A stretch of DNA of 64,000 nucleotides, taken from assembly GCA_000165425.1 (NCBI GenBank), contig CT868677.1:248001-312000 (forward strand), read 5' to 3'. Of the stretch, positions 1 to 12,983 are shown piece by piece (the first letter of the stretch is position 1; each line of letters starts with the position of its first letter). The translations under genes and the position numbers were made by a program. Under the pieces are notes generated by a model that was not told where the DNA came from, made no database searches, and was given only the letters and a program-made list of their open reading frames with translations. Source of the DNA: Paramecium tetraurelia. Its lineage: Eukaryota.

Positions 1-974
1 AAGATCTCTAATTTGCTCAGCAATTGGATCCTCTCAATGAAAGCATCGCCAAGGTCTACGATATGGTCTAAGCTCAATTATCCAAGTTCGAAGAGGATGA
101 CAGCGACAAAGAACAGTACGTTTAATAGGACACTTCTCAATACAGTGTCCAGGAGGAAGAAGATTTGCCTTAGGATTTCATGGCCTAGTTTGCATATCAA
201 GACAATGACTAAGAACTTAGTTATGAATAAGATCCAAAGAAACCGATACCCATGGAAGTGTAAGAGCTAGGGCGATTTATTGAATCAAGAGGAATGGATA
301 TGGTCAAGACCTTCTTACAGAATGGCTAGTTGAAAGAAGCAGTAGATTTGAAGGACAAACTACAAAAAGCTTTGATAGCCAAGAAACAACTAGAGAAAAT
401 TTCTCAATTAGATTTTAATAGACCCAAGAAGGTAAAGATTATATTGAATATATAGAAATTACAATTATATGCTCAATAGTTTGGCATAGATTTATTGGAT
501 CCACAAGTACAAAACGAATTTAAGAGGATTTAAGAGTAAAACTTGGAAGACATTCGACAATGGCTGAAATAGAATCAGTGGAGTTACGTTGACAAAGCGA
601 CTTAGATATAGCAGTAAGAGAAAGCCAGATAAGAATTGGCAAAGCTGTAATTTAAGAGAAAAATGGTCCCTTAAAAAGTAATTCAATATAGATAAGTTCA
701 ATTTAGCATGCTAAACACAAGGTTGTTAAGAAGGCTTAAATTGGACTATCCTAAAACAGTCCTAGTCCTTCTTCGAGTAACACAAATATCTCAACTAAAG
801 AGTTTTAATAAAGCAGTTCTGTGTTGAATAACGAAAGTAATTAAATATGTAAATTACATAGCTTAAATTGAAGCAGAACAAACTTGTGATTTAAATTGCA
901 TTATTAACTTCTCTATTTTACTCCTAGCGACAATCACAATAATATCGACAATCTATTATTCATTCTTAGGATGA
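1..974 (+). CDS. 5'-truncated hypothetical protein with C-terminal transmembrane anchor (possible TPR remnant at the window edge)
   Basis: Open in code 6 from position 3 (DLQFAQQLDPLNESIAKVYDMV..., TPR-end-like). Three GT..AG introns (432-455, 678-706, 837-861). Ends CIINFSILLLATITIISTIYYSFLG-TGA(972-974). Confidence 0.65.
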
Positions 975-1555
975 TCAAATAATAATTTTAATTTATTAAT
1001 TTCTTGATATTTCTATAATTAAATAAAAGAAAGTAGTAGTTTGAAGAATTTGTTTACAAATTTAAATATTATTTTTATTCTCACAAATGTTTATTCGTAA
1101 AAGTGATTATATAAAAGACTCAGATATTTGAGATCTTTCTTATAGCAAGGAAAATTCTAAGAATTCTTCAACAAGAATTTTATTCCTTCTAACTTATTAA
1201 AAATATCAAATAAGTGCTAATTCATGCTGATAGGATAGTTCAATAAAATATTCGAATAATATCTATTTAACTGTCATTTAGTTCAATTTTTCATTTATTG
1301 ATTTAAAATACAAAATGATACAGATAGTTTTATTAATTATTATATTGATATTCTTCAAATTGAAGTTAGATAATTCCCTTACAATAATACTTATAAATAA
1401 TAGTAGTAATCACTGGTAGTATTCAATATTTAAGGGCTTAAATTTACGTAACTGCTTCGAATTGATTCTTTGGTAAATGTATTATTATTAATGTAATTGT
1501 AATTTTAAAATAATATTCATATTAATTAACTATATTATTATGAATATTTAAAATA

Positions 1556-3693
1556 ATGGAATTTTATGAAATAGTCAAATCTATCGGCTCTGGTTCATTT
1601 GGTTAGGTATACTTGGCTAGGAATAAAAGAGAAGATCGTCTTTATGTAATAAAGCGTATCAAAATCAGAGACATGAATCAGAAGGATCGTGAAAATACTG
1701 AAAATGAAGTCAGGTTATTATAGAAATTGAGACATCCGAACATTGTAGCCTACAAGGATTCATATTTGGATAGAGAACAATATTTAAATATTGTGATGAT
1801 TCACTGTGAAGGTGGAGATATTTATTAAAAGATTCGAAACAAGAAAAGTTTCCCTGAATCTCAAATTTTGGATTGGTTTGCATAGATGACATTGGCCTTG
1901 TGTTATTTGCATGAGCAGAAAATCTTACATCGAGATTTGAAGACTCAAAATATATTTCTCAAAAATGGCAGAGTTAGATTGGGAGATTTTGGAATTGCGA
2001 AAGTGCTTGACTCAACTCGTGATTTGGCTAACACTTGCATAGGAACTCCCTATTATATGAGTCCAGAGTTATTTAAATATAAACCATATTCATATAAGAG
2101 TGATGTATGGGCACTTGGATGTTGTCTCTATGAAATGTGCAATCTGAGACACGCCTTTGATGCGCAGTCAATGAATGGATTGGCATTGAAAATATTGAAA
2201 GGTTCCTATTCATCCATAAGTCCAACCTACTCCAAGGCATTGAGAGATCTCATCAACAAGATGCTTAACACTAACCCTAAGGCTCGACCTACCATCTAGG
2301 AAATAGTTCACAAGCCAATCATCAAATTAAGGATTATATATTACATGCTTGAAGTTTTTAGTGGTATTTGTATTATCAATCCCCTTAGAACCATAATCAG
2401 CTGATTTAGATGATATGTATGTGGATACATTATACGAATAGGCTGAGTAGATTGGAGTTCTACCTCTGATTTAACATTACCAGAAATAAATTGCATAAGG
2501 AGCCACAATTGCAGACATTAAAAATGAATTAGAGAAGGGAGGACGAGCTGAATAAAGAATGCTCATTTAAATTTAAGAACAGGAAGCTCTTAAATTAAAA
2601 CAATTGAAAAAGGAATAAGTTGAGAAGAAGAAATTAGAAGAGGAAATCAAAAGGCTAGAACAAAAGAAATAGCAAAAAGTGCCTATTCAAAATACTAAAT
2701 AAACTGAAACTAATTCAAATTCTAAAACTACAACAGAAAACATAACCAATAAATCAGAAAATACTTAAAAAACAGATACTCAATAAAGACCAGATTATCT
2801 TAGAGTAAATTAGAGAAAAGTGTCTTTGGAAAGAGATAAGAGACCAAATGAGATCAGATAAAAATAGAAAGAAAGAAGTTTGTCCCTTGAAAAAGATAGA
2901 CTGAGAGATGATAGTACTATTAGTGCTAAGGAAAGAGTTATTTAGAAGAAGTAGAGAAGAGATGAAGAAAAAACTATTCAAGAAGAAAAGGAGAGACAAT
3001 AAATTTATAAAGAAAGTTATTAAAATAGAAAAATAGCCTAGGAACGGAAACAGGCATAGTATCGTTAATCGAAGGATAGTTCTTTGAAGGTTCAAGAAGA
3101 ATATGATGATTCGGAAGACAGTGATGGAGTTATGGCCATTCAGGAAATTGAAAATGAAGAAGAATATGAAGAAGAAGGGGATGTTGAATAAAGGCTTGAT
3201 TTGATGAAAACAAAACTTAAAGATAAGACTCTGAAAATATAAGAAATCAGTCAGTCACTTTAATAAAATAGATAAGTCCAAAATATGCAGATCAAAGCAT
3301 TAGAAAGTAATACTATTCTATAATTAAAGCTGGACAAGTCATTCCATTAGTTGAAGAAGAATTGGAGAATGAAGATTTGGAAGATGATGAATAAGGAGAC
3401 TATGATGAAGTGGATCAAGATGAAACAAAACCAATTAATTCCATAGTGGCTAGAATATAGGATAGGATTAAACTATTAAGACATAGATGTGAAGGAGGAT
3501 TAGGCAATAATCTTGTCGAGAAGTCTTTGCAATTGATGAAAACTAAATGTATGATTTAAATTTTATCACTTTAGAACTCTCTACTCAAGACTTAAGGAAA
3601 CAACTCATATAGTTATTAGGAGAAGAAAACATTGGCTATTGGTAGCTCTTTGATTAAATCTTATATATGGAGGAACTTCTCACAAAATATTGA
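1556..3693 (+). CDS. NIMA-related (NEK) Ser/Thr kinase with coiled-coil/acidic C-terminus
   Basis: [55 protein letters not shown]. Three short introns. TGA at 3691-3693. Confidence 0.95.
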
Positions 3694-3746
3694 TTGAATA
3701 ATTCATTGCTATTAAATACATACATACAAAGATTAATCAACTATCA

Positions 3747-4602
3747 TCACTTTCGAGAGAAGTATTCTTTAACTCCAAAGGAAGAGCTGTTCTGTCTATT
3801 TATCTCAGTATTGATAGATTTTATTGGAGAATTATATTAGGTTCGATCGCTATGTAAGTTCAAGTAACTTTTAAGAATTTGTTTCTAACTTTTTAATATA
3901 GCAATATCAGATAGAATTTAACTTTTCTCACTTTCTACTTTTTAAGCGAATTCTGAGGTCTATATTCTAATCCTACATAGTTCTTTCTAATATTTATTTG
4001 CACTCTCTTTTCTACTTGAATTCTGAGATCTTGTTGGCATTTTTAATTACCCATGTTTTCTAGAACTTATCGAATTTGGGTATTCATTAATTATGTAATT
4101 TCTCTGTTATTCTTAGGATGAAAACTATCTTTTGCCTAACTTATTCAAATTGTTTTATTATAATTATAAATTGAGACTGCATATTTCTTCATCCTTTATT
4201 TTCAATTCAGAATTTAGATCTTCTATTTACATCTAATATTTGAATTTCATTAAATTCATAGTTTTTTCAAAATTCTTTTGTGCCTTTAATATTTCCTCCT
4301 ATAAATACAACTCTTTTTTGACGAATTACTTCTCAGAGTTTCGTACTTTTTATTGAAGTTGAAATAATTAGTAAACTAATTAATTTTGATTTGGAAGAGA
4401 TGAATCATTCGGAAATTAACGATTTATTAATTTTTTTTTTAGTAATTCAATTGAATGCTCATTATTATTAAATATCGTTTACTTTTATTTGAGTCTACTT
4501 CTAAGAATTTGTGGATTCATTTTCTCTTTTTGAATTGAATTATGAATAAATTAAGTCCTCTGGGGTTTAATATCGAATTTATTATTAAGAATTATATTAC
4601 AT
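3747..4602 (-). CDS. hypothetical coiled-coil protein
   Basis: Long code-6 open frame from about 4520 to TGA at 3749-3747. The ATG at 4602 needs a 25-nt GT..GAG intron; an in-frame ATG at 4520 is the alternative start. Confidence 0.55.
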
Positions 4603-4917
4603 TTTATTTATAAAAATTAATTAAGCTTAATTATATATTTATTTATGAAATATAAATTAACATAAGATTTATGAACTTATTAAATGCGTTGTTTGAGCAT
4701 GATATAAGTAATATAGAATTTGTTGATAATAATTATTAAATGCAATAAACAAACATTTGGTAAAACTTATATATAATTATATTTATTATATTAAATTTAA
4801 ATAATGAGATTTTGTATTTTTGAATTTATATTATCATTCTGAAAAATACTAAGCCTTAATCTATAGATTTAACAATTTAAAGCTTGAACTATTTAAGGAT
4901 AATCATTATTAATTTAA

Positions 4918-5730
4918 ATGTCAAAAAAAATTATACTTTGCTTCATATTCTTAAGTGCTTTTCAAGCTCTTTCAACTAAAAATAGATGTGATTGTACATT
5001 ATTTGGCGGTTAGACTGAATGCGAAAATGTGCCTTATTGTTCATGGAGCAATAATGCTTGTGGGCTAAAGAATTGCTCAAACATCATTCTTGAAAGATGT
5101 GAAACATTCTTTAGATGTTCTATCAATCCAGCAGGAACTTGTGAAACTACTGGAGATTGTTCAAAATACACAGCTACAACATAAATAGATTGTATGTTTA
5201 AGAGAGGTAATTGTGCAGCTGAAGCTACCTAAACCAATGGTGTTTATAAATGTAAATCATATACTGCAGTAACTTGTGCTTCATAAACTGCAGAAAATTG
5301 CAAAAATAGTTTTGAAAATGAGAATTCATTCTGCTGGCTCAATTCACAAGGAAAATGTTAGAGTTATGACCCAAACACTTGTTCAGGAATTCCTCTAGAA
5401 ATTTGTTCCAATCTTGGATGTGATGCTTCAGGTTCTGAATGCAAGGCTTATACTTGTGCATCCAATCTAACAGTGAATACTTGTATTCTTGCAAATGATG
5501 GATATTTTGGAGCCAAAACACTTTGCAAATGGAATACCACTTCCTAAAAGTGCGAAGAGAGAGCTGATATAACAGAGTTGACATAAAATTAATGTTCATT
5601 ATTAACAGATGGTGGATATTATTGGTTGGATAATAAATGCACAGTCTGCCCAGTTGAAGACGATACAGATGATACAAGCAATGCCATATTATTGTCATCA
5701 TTGCTAATTATCCATCTATTAGTGTAATGA
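4918..5730 (+). CDS. cysteine-rich mini surface antigen (signal peptide, probable GPI anchor)
   Basis: Intronless 270-aa code-6 ORF: MSKKIILCFIFLSAFQA signal, periodic Cys with C-x-W units (YCSW, FCWL, LCKW, YYWL), hydrophobic tail NAILLSSLLIIHLLVQ. Confidence 0.85.
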
Positions 5731-6364
5731 GATATGTATTTTTATGATTTGGCATATATAAAATTTATTGATTAATTTGAAGCAATATATTGATTATCTA
5801 ATTTGAGAGAAATAGACTTACTTATAAGGTTTAAGGGTACATTATAGGATTTACATCTAATTCAAAAATCAAAGAGTTTTTAAAATAATATTTTGGTTTG
5901 ATGTCTTATTCTTTTTTCCATTATGAATTTAGTATTTTCTTTTTAGTAAAGGAGAGTGTCGAATCTAAAAAAATATTTTTTTGTAAATTAGTTAAATACA
6001 TCCTAATATAAACTTACTAATTGCAATTACGATAAATGAATTATAAAATACTAATAAATATACATTTTCATTCATGCAGATCGCAATTTAATAAAACTTC
6101 TAATAAAGGCTAACCCGTATTTAATAGTTTCAATATTTAACTTTAGGTAAAATCAATTATAATCAAAAATAAAATAAAACTATCTCCTTTTATCCATAGT
6201 AATTATAATAAGTCTAAATCTTGAATTACTTGATGGTTGATATTGTAATAATAAATTTTTCTTGTTTGATTGAATTCTGATAGAATTAACTAATCTAAAT
6301 AATTTGTAATAGAATATTAGATGTATAAATTCAAAATTCTATTAATCTCAATTATTATTATTAT

Positions 6365-7681
6365 ATGGTGTAAACAATCAGTGGATCATAACTTTCTTAA
6401 ACTGTAGCGACAATTGAAGTTGTTCGTCGACCTTTACAAAAACCTTTTGAGTCTTCTAAGGTGAACTAAAATGGATATGAAGTTATTAATAAAATCAAAG
6501 AACTTTTTAGTGAAGCTTTCTTTCATCATTATGCAATAATTTTGACTACAAAAGAGAATGAATCAATGATATTGCACTACCTAAAGGAAGGTTTCACTAG
6601 TTCCATAATTTAAAATTAAGAAAGACAATGCTACACAGTAATAGAGAGGTATGAATCATAACAATTCAAAAAACTGTTCAAAGTTAAAGAACTATATGAT
6701 TTAAGATAATTAAACAATTAAGATTCATTAAAATATGATTTACTTAAAAATAGTTGTATTCATTATGTAAATCATGTTAAAGAGTATATAAATTAATATC
6801 TCTATGATATTAATGAGCATGCAATTTAGAAAATAGAATTACCTAGTTTAATCTCCAGTATAAAACTTTTGATCTAAAAAATTTATCAGAATATTAAAAA
6901 ATTATCCAAAAAAGAGTTATGGCCTGAAGATTTAAAGAAATTCACTCAAGAAAACTTTAAAAATCCAGAATTATATTATTAAATACTTTATGAAGCTATT
7001 AGATGTGGAAAAAATCAAAGTAAGATGCAAATGTTAGGTAATTCTATTCTAATAGCAGTTTTTCATCTAATAAATTCTATACCTATTATTGGCGGAATTT
7101 TAACATTAATAGCAATTCCCTTTTCTTTATATTTTATTTGGATCTAAAGTGACGAAGGAATTTTCCAAAAGTGTTACAAAACATTGGCTTTGTTTTTTAT
7201 TGTTTGTTTAGGAATGTTGCCAGAAACCAAAATACTAAAATATCCTTTTGATATAGTTTCAGATCTTATTAAAAAATATGGCATTATCAAAGTTGAAAGA
7301 AGAGAAATTGTAATAGTTGGGAGTTGTACATTTGCAGGAATGATTGGAGGAGCCGCTGTTGCTAAATTCGCTACTCCTATTATTGCTACAGCGTGTGAAA
7401 GAGTTGACATTAAATCATGCATATTAGTAATTACAGGACTCTTAAGTGGTGGAGAACCTGCTGCAATATCTAGTGGAGCATTCTTATTAGAAGTTGGATC
7501 AGGTTCCGCTAAAGCTGTCATAGCCAGTGCATCAGATGCAGTAATTTCCACATCAATAAGTGTACGATCAGTTATAGCTAAAATCGGCTCTATCAATATC
7601 GGTATTGCTATTGGTTGTGTAGTTGGGGTAGCTATTGGTATAGGTATATGTAAGTTACTGAGATGGATGAAATCTGGATGA
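6365..7681 (+). CDS. permuted papain-like (LRAT/PPPDE-type) domain protein with hydrophobic Gly/Ala-rich C-terminus
   Basis: Intronless 438-aa code-6 ORF. RRPL..FHHYAIIL..ILHYL..YDLLKNSCIHYVNHV, followed by TM segments and a GxxxG-rich tail (ORF track 7184-7681 is its C-terminus). Confidence 0.7.
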
Positions 7682-8442
7682 TTTTTTACATCTATTATTG
7701 ATAACTATTCATTTTTTTAAGATTTTTATATCTTCTATATTTAAAATAAATATATAAATAAGAAACACATACTCTTACTATTTAGAAAATAAATTCAGTA
7801 ATTAAAAAACTGTTCATTGTCATAAACAGCAAGAAAAAAGCCTATGTAGTAGCAATAGAAAGGTTAAATTACAATAACATAATTGAGTTCTCGAAATAGA
7901 AAAATCATTACATTCATAGTTATCTATTTTTCTAAAATCAAAAATATGAAACAACTTTTTATTCACTTATCGTATTCTTTAGTGCTTATTTAGAATTTGA
8001 AAATTAAAGAATTAAAAATTTCTAGAGTGGAATTTAATTTAAAAAAAAATAATTTAATTATCTCCATATAACAATATTAATCATTTATATAGAAGAAAAT
8101 GAATTCTTTTTATATTTACACAACTCACATTTTTTAAATATATTTTACAATAATACCTATAATTATTAATTATTTTTAATTCATATTACATATTAATTTT
8201 ATTTATCTTATTGAATATAATTACATAGTATAGTATATAAAATTTAAAGTTCATGACTCATTCGGCTACTGAAAGCTAAGATAACCATAAATAGAATTGG
8301 TCTTCATTATGACTCGTTTATGCCTTAAGTTGCTCAAAATAAATCGGGAAATAACTGAAAAGCTAAGTAGAAATGGGACTTCAAAAGAAAGTCTAATTTA
8401 TAAATTATAACAATTTAAAAAAAGGACTAACTCATTTAAGCT

Positions 8443-9291
8443 ATGCAAAACCATAGATTTATTCTCAATGAATACATGAATCTCATACTAAATAAAAGAG
8501 TAAGTGTGAATTAGGATGTTAACAATCAGCATATTTTGAACTAGACCCTAAATTCGAAATCTAATGAAGTTAGCTTATGCATATCGATTTACTTAGAGCA
8601 CACTCTGAGCCACAGAAAAATTTTAGCAGAATAGTGGATTTTGTAATTTAAAAGTGAAAACAACCGAAATCTGCCATGTGCCAATTAGTGCACATTTGAA
8701 AAAAAGTCACTTTGCTGTATGTTCACAAAGAGTTCTTTGTATTAAAACTTCTTAAATAAGTAAGAGTGTTATTAAAACTACTTACTTTAAATCGTTATTG
8801 AACACAATGGTAAAAATTAGAATTTGGAATTATATAAATGCTATCATTTAAACATGGAGTAAGATGTGTCAATAATTGCTCGTTTCCATTAGCATCTGAA
8901 TTTGACTTAGGAGGTGGGAAAACCCAGATCTTTGTCATTTTAGGAGTAGACAATGATTCCCAAGTAGAATAACAGGTTGAGATTCAATTCTGAGTAAGTG
9001 AGAACACCGGAAAGAAAGGTGCTCATGTACTCAGTGGATGAGGAAGTCACCTTCTTGATTGATGAGGATTAAATCGAGAGGGTGATGAGTCACAATTCAG
9101 ATTCAGATTATATGATATAAACAATAGAGGAGGAGACTGATGTAAGTGAATGGTAAGTTATCGATCATAAGCATTTGCTTACAAGGGATTAAAAGAAATT
9201 ACTCAATTCGTTATAGGAGATGAGAAATCTTTTCAATTCTAAATCCAAACATAGTCATTAGATAAAATAGGCTTTAGAATTGTTCTTTTGA
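8443..9291 (+). CDS. HORMA-like domain protein, candidate divergent ATG13
   Basis: Intronless 282-aa code-6 ORF. MNLILNKRV..SLCISIYLE..KILAEQWILQF..KKSLCCMFTKSSLYQ, then an acidic tail with EEETDVSEWQVID. The ORF is solid; the family call is inferred. Confidence 0.55.
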
Positions 9292-9668
9292 AAAAAACAA
9301 GAGAATTTGCTTGATATTTATAATCATAAATAAACCATTTATCTGGTATTCTCAGGTTTAGTGCATAGTAGGATCGATCTCTGATCTATTTTTATATCTA
9401 TTATAATAATAATTTTGATTATCTTTAGGTGAATCAAAATTAAATTAAAAATCAGACAGGAATGGAAAATTTATGGTCTAAGAATTAAGGAAAGGAAGGA
9501 GAATATATAGAGTAAATTAGATTTTGAGTTATGGATTTCAAAATTGATCTAACTTTGGAGTTATCTAAATTTGGAATAATTTGAAAGTATATAAAAAGCA
9601 GAAGAGTTTGATTAATTTTTGGTTGATAATTGGAAGAATTCGTTTTTATGTGATTAATAATTAAATAA

Positions 9669-10796
9669 ATGAAATCAATTATTCTGATTGCCCTCATTGC
9701 TGTGGCCTTTACAGCCAGAGTCCAAGAGAGAAATATGGCCAAGGTGTAAGCTGATTTGGCTAAAAGCACCTATGGAAAAGCCTTACTTCATTTGGTTGAA
9801 TTGCACTCAATGGCTGGAGGACCAGTCCAAGAATTGATTGATGCTATTGAAGAGCTCATCAACGATTTGGAAGAGGAATTGGAAGATTTAGAATTCAACT
9901 TCAAAGTGAGAACAAATGAACACAATGCCTTAGTAGTCGGTTTGGAATAAGACATCCAAGATGCTGTAATTGGTATTGAGTATTTCGAATAATCAAGATG
10001 TCAATAACACACAAGACACATTGGACAATCTCCTCTACCCAAGAAGAGCCTAAATCTAAAGCAAGATTGATTCTGTCATTGGATATCAAGAGGACAACAG
10101 AAAGAATTATGATGAAGCAATCTTAGTTAGAGAATAAGAACACGAAGCCTTCGAAGCATAAGTTGCTGAATTAAATGATGCTACTGCCTCAGTTGATGAT
10201 GCCTTGGCTCTTCTTGCTTCACTCACAAACCCATCATTGTTGTAAATCAGAAGATTCTAAAATACACTCAAGAACATTGAAAACAAGATCAGATCAAGAT
10301 CAAGAATGGCACCCATGATCAAAGCTTTGATTAATTTGGCTTCCAATCAAAACTTCTCAAATCAAGACGTATTGAAGAACATTGTTGATGCTCTCAACGA
10401 ATTCAGAAATGCAGTCGTCGATTAAATCAATGATTTGACAGCCTAAGAAGCTTAAGACGTTGCTGATCACGAAGCTTACCTTGAATTAATTAGATGAGGA
10501 ATACAGTGAATTCTAAAGATAAATTAACAGAGCAACTGTCGATTTGACTGCCACCAATGGTAAACCCTTTTGTTTTATCTTCTATAGAGAAAATCGATTC
10601 ATTGACTGAATTCAGAGACTAAAGAGCTGCTGATTAAAAACAATACACTGCTGAATTAGAATTAGAGAACAACACCTATGCTGAAGAAACCGACATCTAT
10701 ACCAACACCAAGAACGAATTCACCAGAGAATTGGGAGTTAGTGAACAAGCCTTAGCCCTCGTTTAAAGCGTAGATTTCTCAAACATCAAAGTTTGA
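9669..10796 (+). CDS. trichocyst matrix protein (TMP family) precursor, with one +1 frameshift near 10486
   Basis: MKSIILIALIAVAFTA signal, YGKALLHLVELHSMAGGPVQELIDAIEEL, acidic coiled coils, basic central KIRSRSR spacer. Introns 9973-9997 and 10560-10587. Ends DFSNIKV-TGA. Confidence 0.9.
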
Positions 10797-11965
10797 TATT
10801 CATCCAAAATATAATAATATCATTAAATTTTATTATCATTTTACATCTCTATCAAATACAACAATAGCTCATTAGATTGTTTTCACATTATTAATATATG
10901 CTTTAATCCATTAGTTCCCTTAACATCAACTGATGAATTAATACATCTCAAATTATTACATAATCTTAACATTAAAATTATGCTATAATTTTATTAATTA
11001 TATTATTGAAAAGTATTATTACTAAAAAGTATATTTTATATTCCAACAAAGAAATAGATTAATTTTCCAATACTTTACCTAAAAGTAATTCTACAATTCA
11101 TTAATTTCAATTTCCACATGTTATAACCAGTCTTGATATTACTTACTTTCTAATTGCTTGTAATCCAAGTGCACAGAGGATTCTTTAAGCATTCACATTT
11201 ATTAGTTTCAATTGAGAATCAAATCCTCTGTAATACTTTCAGTTTATTGATCAAACCCAAAGACAAATAAAATTTAACAAATCAATCTGATTTTTTTATG
11301 AAAAAGTCAAATCAAATTGGGCTCTCCTCTAATTTGCATTATTTGATACCTACATAACCCTTTTCCATTGGTGTAACTTGTATGCTTAGAAATTTGATCG
11401 AATAATTGATGGTTTTTTTCTTAATAACTTGAATAATGATATTACTTCACATCTCTTTTGAGTGAGATCATCTAAATCATATCTGTCACTACAAATTTAT
11501 GAAATGTTTATCCTAAGGAATGTTTGAGTTGATCGACTTTATAAATTGATTTAAATCAATTCCTCAAAGAAAAACAACATTTTGGAGAATACCTTTAGGT
11601 TCAAACCAGTAATTAATGGAAATAGGCATCTTGATATCAGAATGTAATGAAACATTTAATGAGAATTGTGTCATTCTGAAAGTCACTGTTAGGTTTACTC
11701 AGCAATTTTGAAATATTGGAATGATCCACATTTAGAAGGTTAATGTGATGGATGTCATTGTAATATAATGAATATAATGAGCTTTGATTTTGGGAAGAAG
11801 TCTCTCGATATAAATTAATTAATCGAGATAGTTGAAATGAAGGACAGAGAATTAAAAAAATAATATTTTATCATTTTGATACGTAGCATTGAAAATAGTA
11901 ACAATTATGAATTACAAATTAGATGACACAAATCTACAGGATTTATCATTTAAAAAATTATAGCA

Positions 11966-12983
11966 ATGCTTACCTTCTAAATACAATACCCTTTGGCTTT
12001 TGGTGAGGCGATGTACATGTGTGGTAACTTTGAGCAGTTAGGCAATTGGAATCCTGTGTAAGCCAAAAGAATGCAATGGTGTGAAGTACGTATCATCTTT
12101 AATTAATAGGGAGACAATTGGGTGTTAACAGTGGATATAGGGGTGGCTGCTGCAGAGGAACAGGATTTCGAATACAAATACTTCTTCGGTGAGTTTGATA
12201 GACCTACAAATATTGAGTGGGAAATGGGACCCAATCGAATAGTGAGGACAACTGAAAATACAAGTATTTCTAATTGTTATTTTTAGTTATAACTGATATC
12301 TGGAATCACAGGAAGATTTTATTTCAGTGTTATAACCCTAAAAAGTACGCAATGTTCATTTCTGGATCATCTTACGATTTAGGAATGTTCAAGAGAAGAA
12401 TCAGCATGAAACAAAAAGAAGATATATCTTATTTAAGAATACTTGTGAATGTTCTGGAAGAAAAAGAAATTCGTTATTAGTTCCATCTCATCAACAAGAG
12501 ACATTATACAAGTCCACTCTAGTAATTGACTCTCCTTACTAATACAAGTAAGTTGATTAATAAATGATTTAGATGGCTATTACAAAAATTACCTAGTAGT
12601 CTTTTGTGAAGGATTGGAACAAATTAAGAGATCAATTTATCAATTAGATAACCATATCTGTTACGGTTATGTTCCTGCTAATTAAAACGACTTTAATTCT
12701 CTGAAAAAGGCTAATCTGAATACAATCATTGAATTCCAGAATTCTCAAGGATTATCCAGCAATTCGATCTAAAAGGATGACTTTACTTATTTCACTGTGA
12801 ACATTTGCCGTAATCAAGATTCTAACTATCTCTAAAGACTCTACTCGTTCATCTAACTTTTAATTCAAAAATATAATGTAATTATTATTAAATTATTCAT
12901 AGATTATATATATCTGCAATAACTCCTTGTCACATCTCAGAAAATATTTACAGGCTTATCAAAAGATAATTATTTCACAGTGA
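11966..12983 (+). CDS. CBM20 starch/glycogen-binding protein with a degenerate second CBM and DSP-like domain (laforin-like)
   Basis: FGEAMYMCGNFEQLGNWNPVQAKRMQWCEGDNW..FEYKY..WEMGPNR is a classic CBM20. Four GT..TAG introns. C-terminal IIYICNNSLSHLR. TGA at 12981-12983. Confidence 0.8.

Noticed and set aside
8253..8400. ATGACTCAT (AP-1/GCN4-like) site and short repeats (ACTGAAA(A)GCTAAG x2) upstream of the ATG13-like gene; the same 9-mer occurs at 56166
   Set aside because: About one such 9-mer is expected by chance in 64 kb at this composition. The short ORF there stops at TGA, and no ncRNA boxes were recognisable.
11090..11790. Coding-like minus-strand stretch with several TGAs (thioredoxin-like or selenoprotein?)
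   Set aside because: All three frames are interrupted repeatedly, with no CxxC/CxxU or SECIS identified. Probably an old gene relic, but unassignable.
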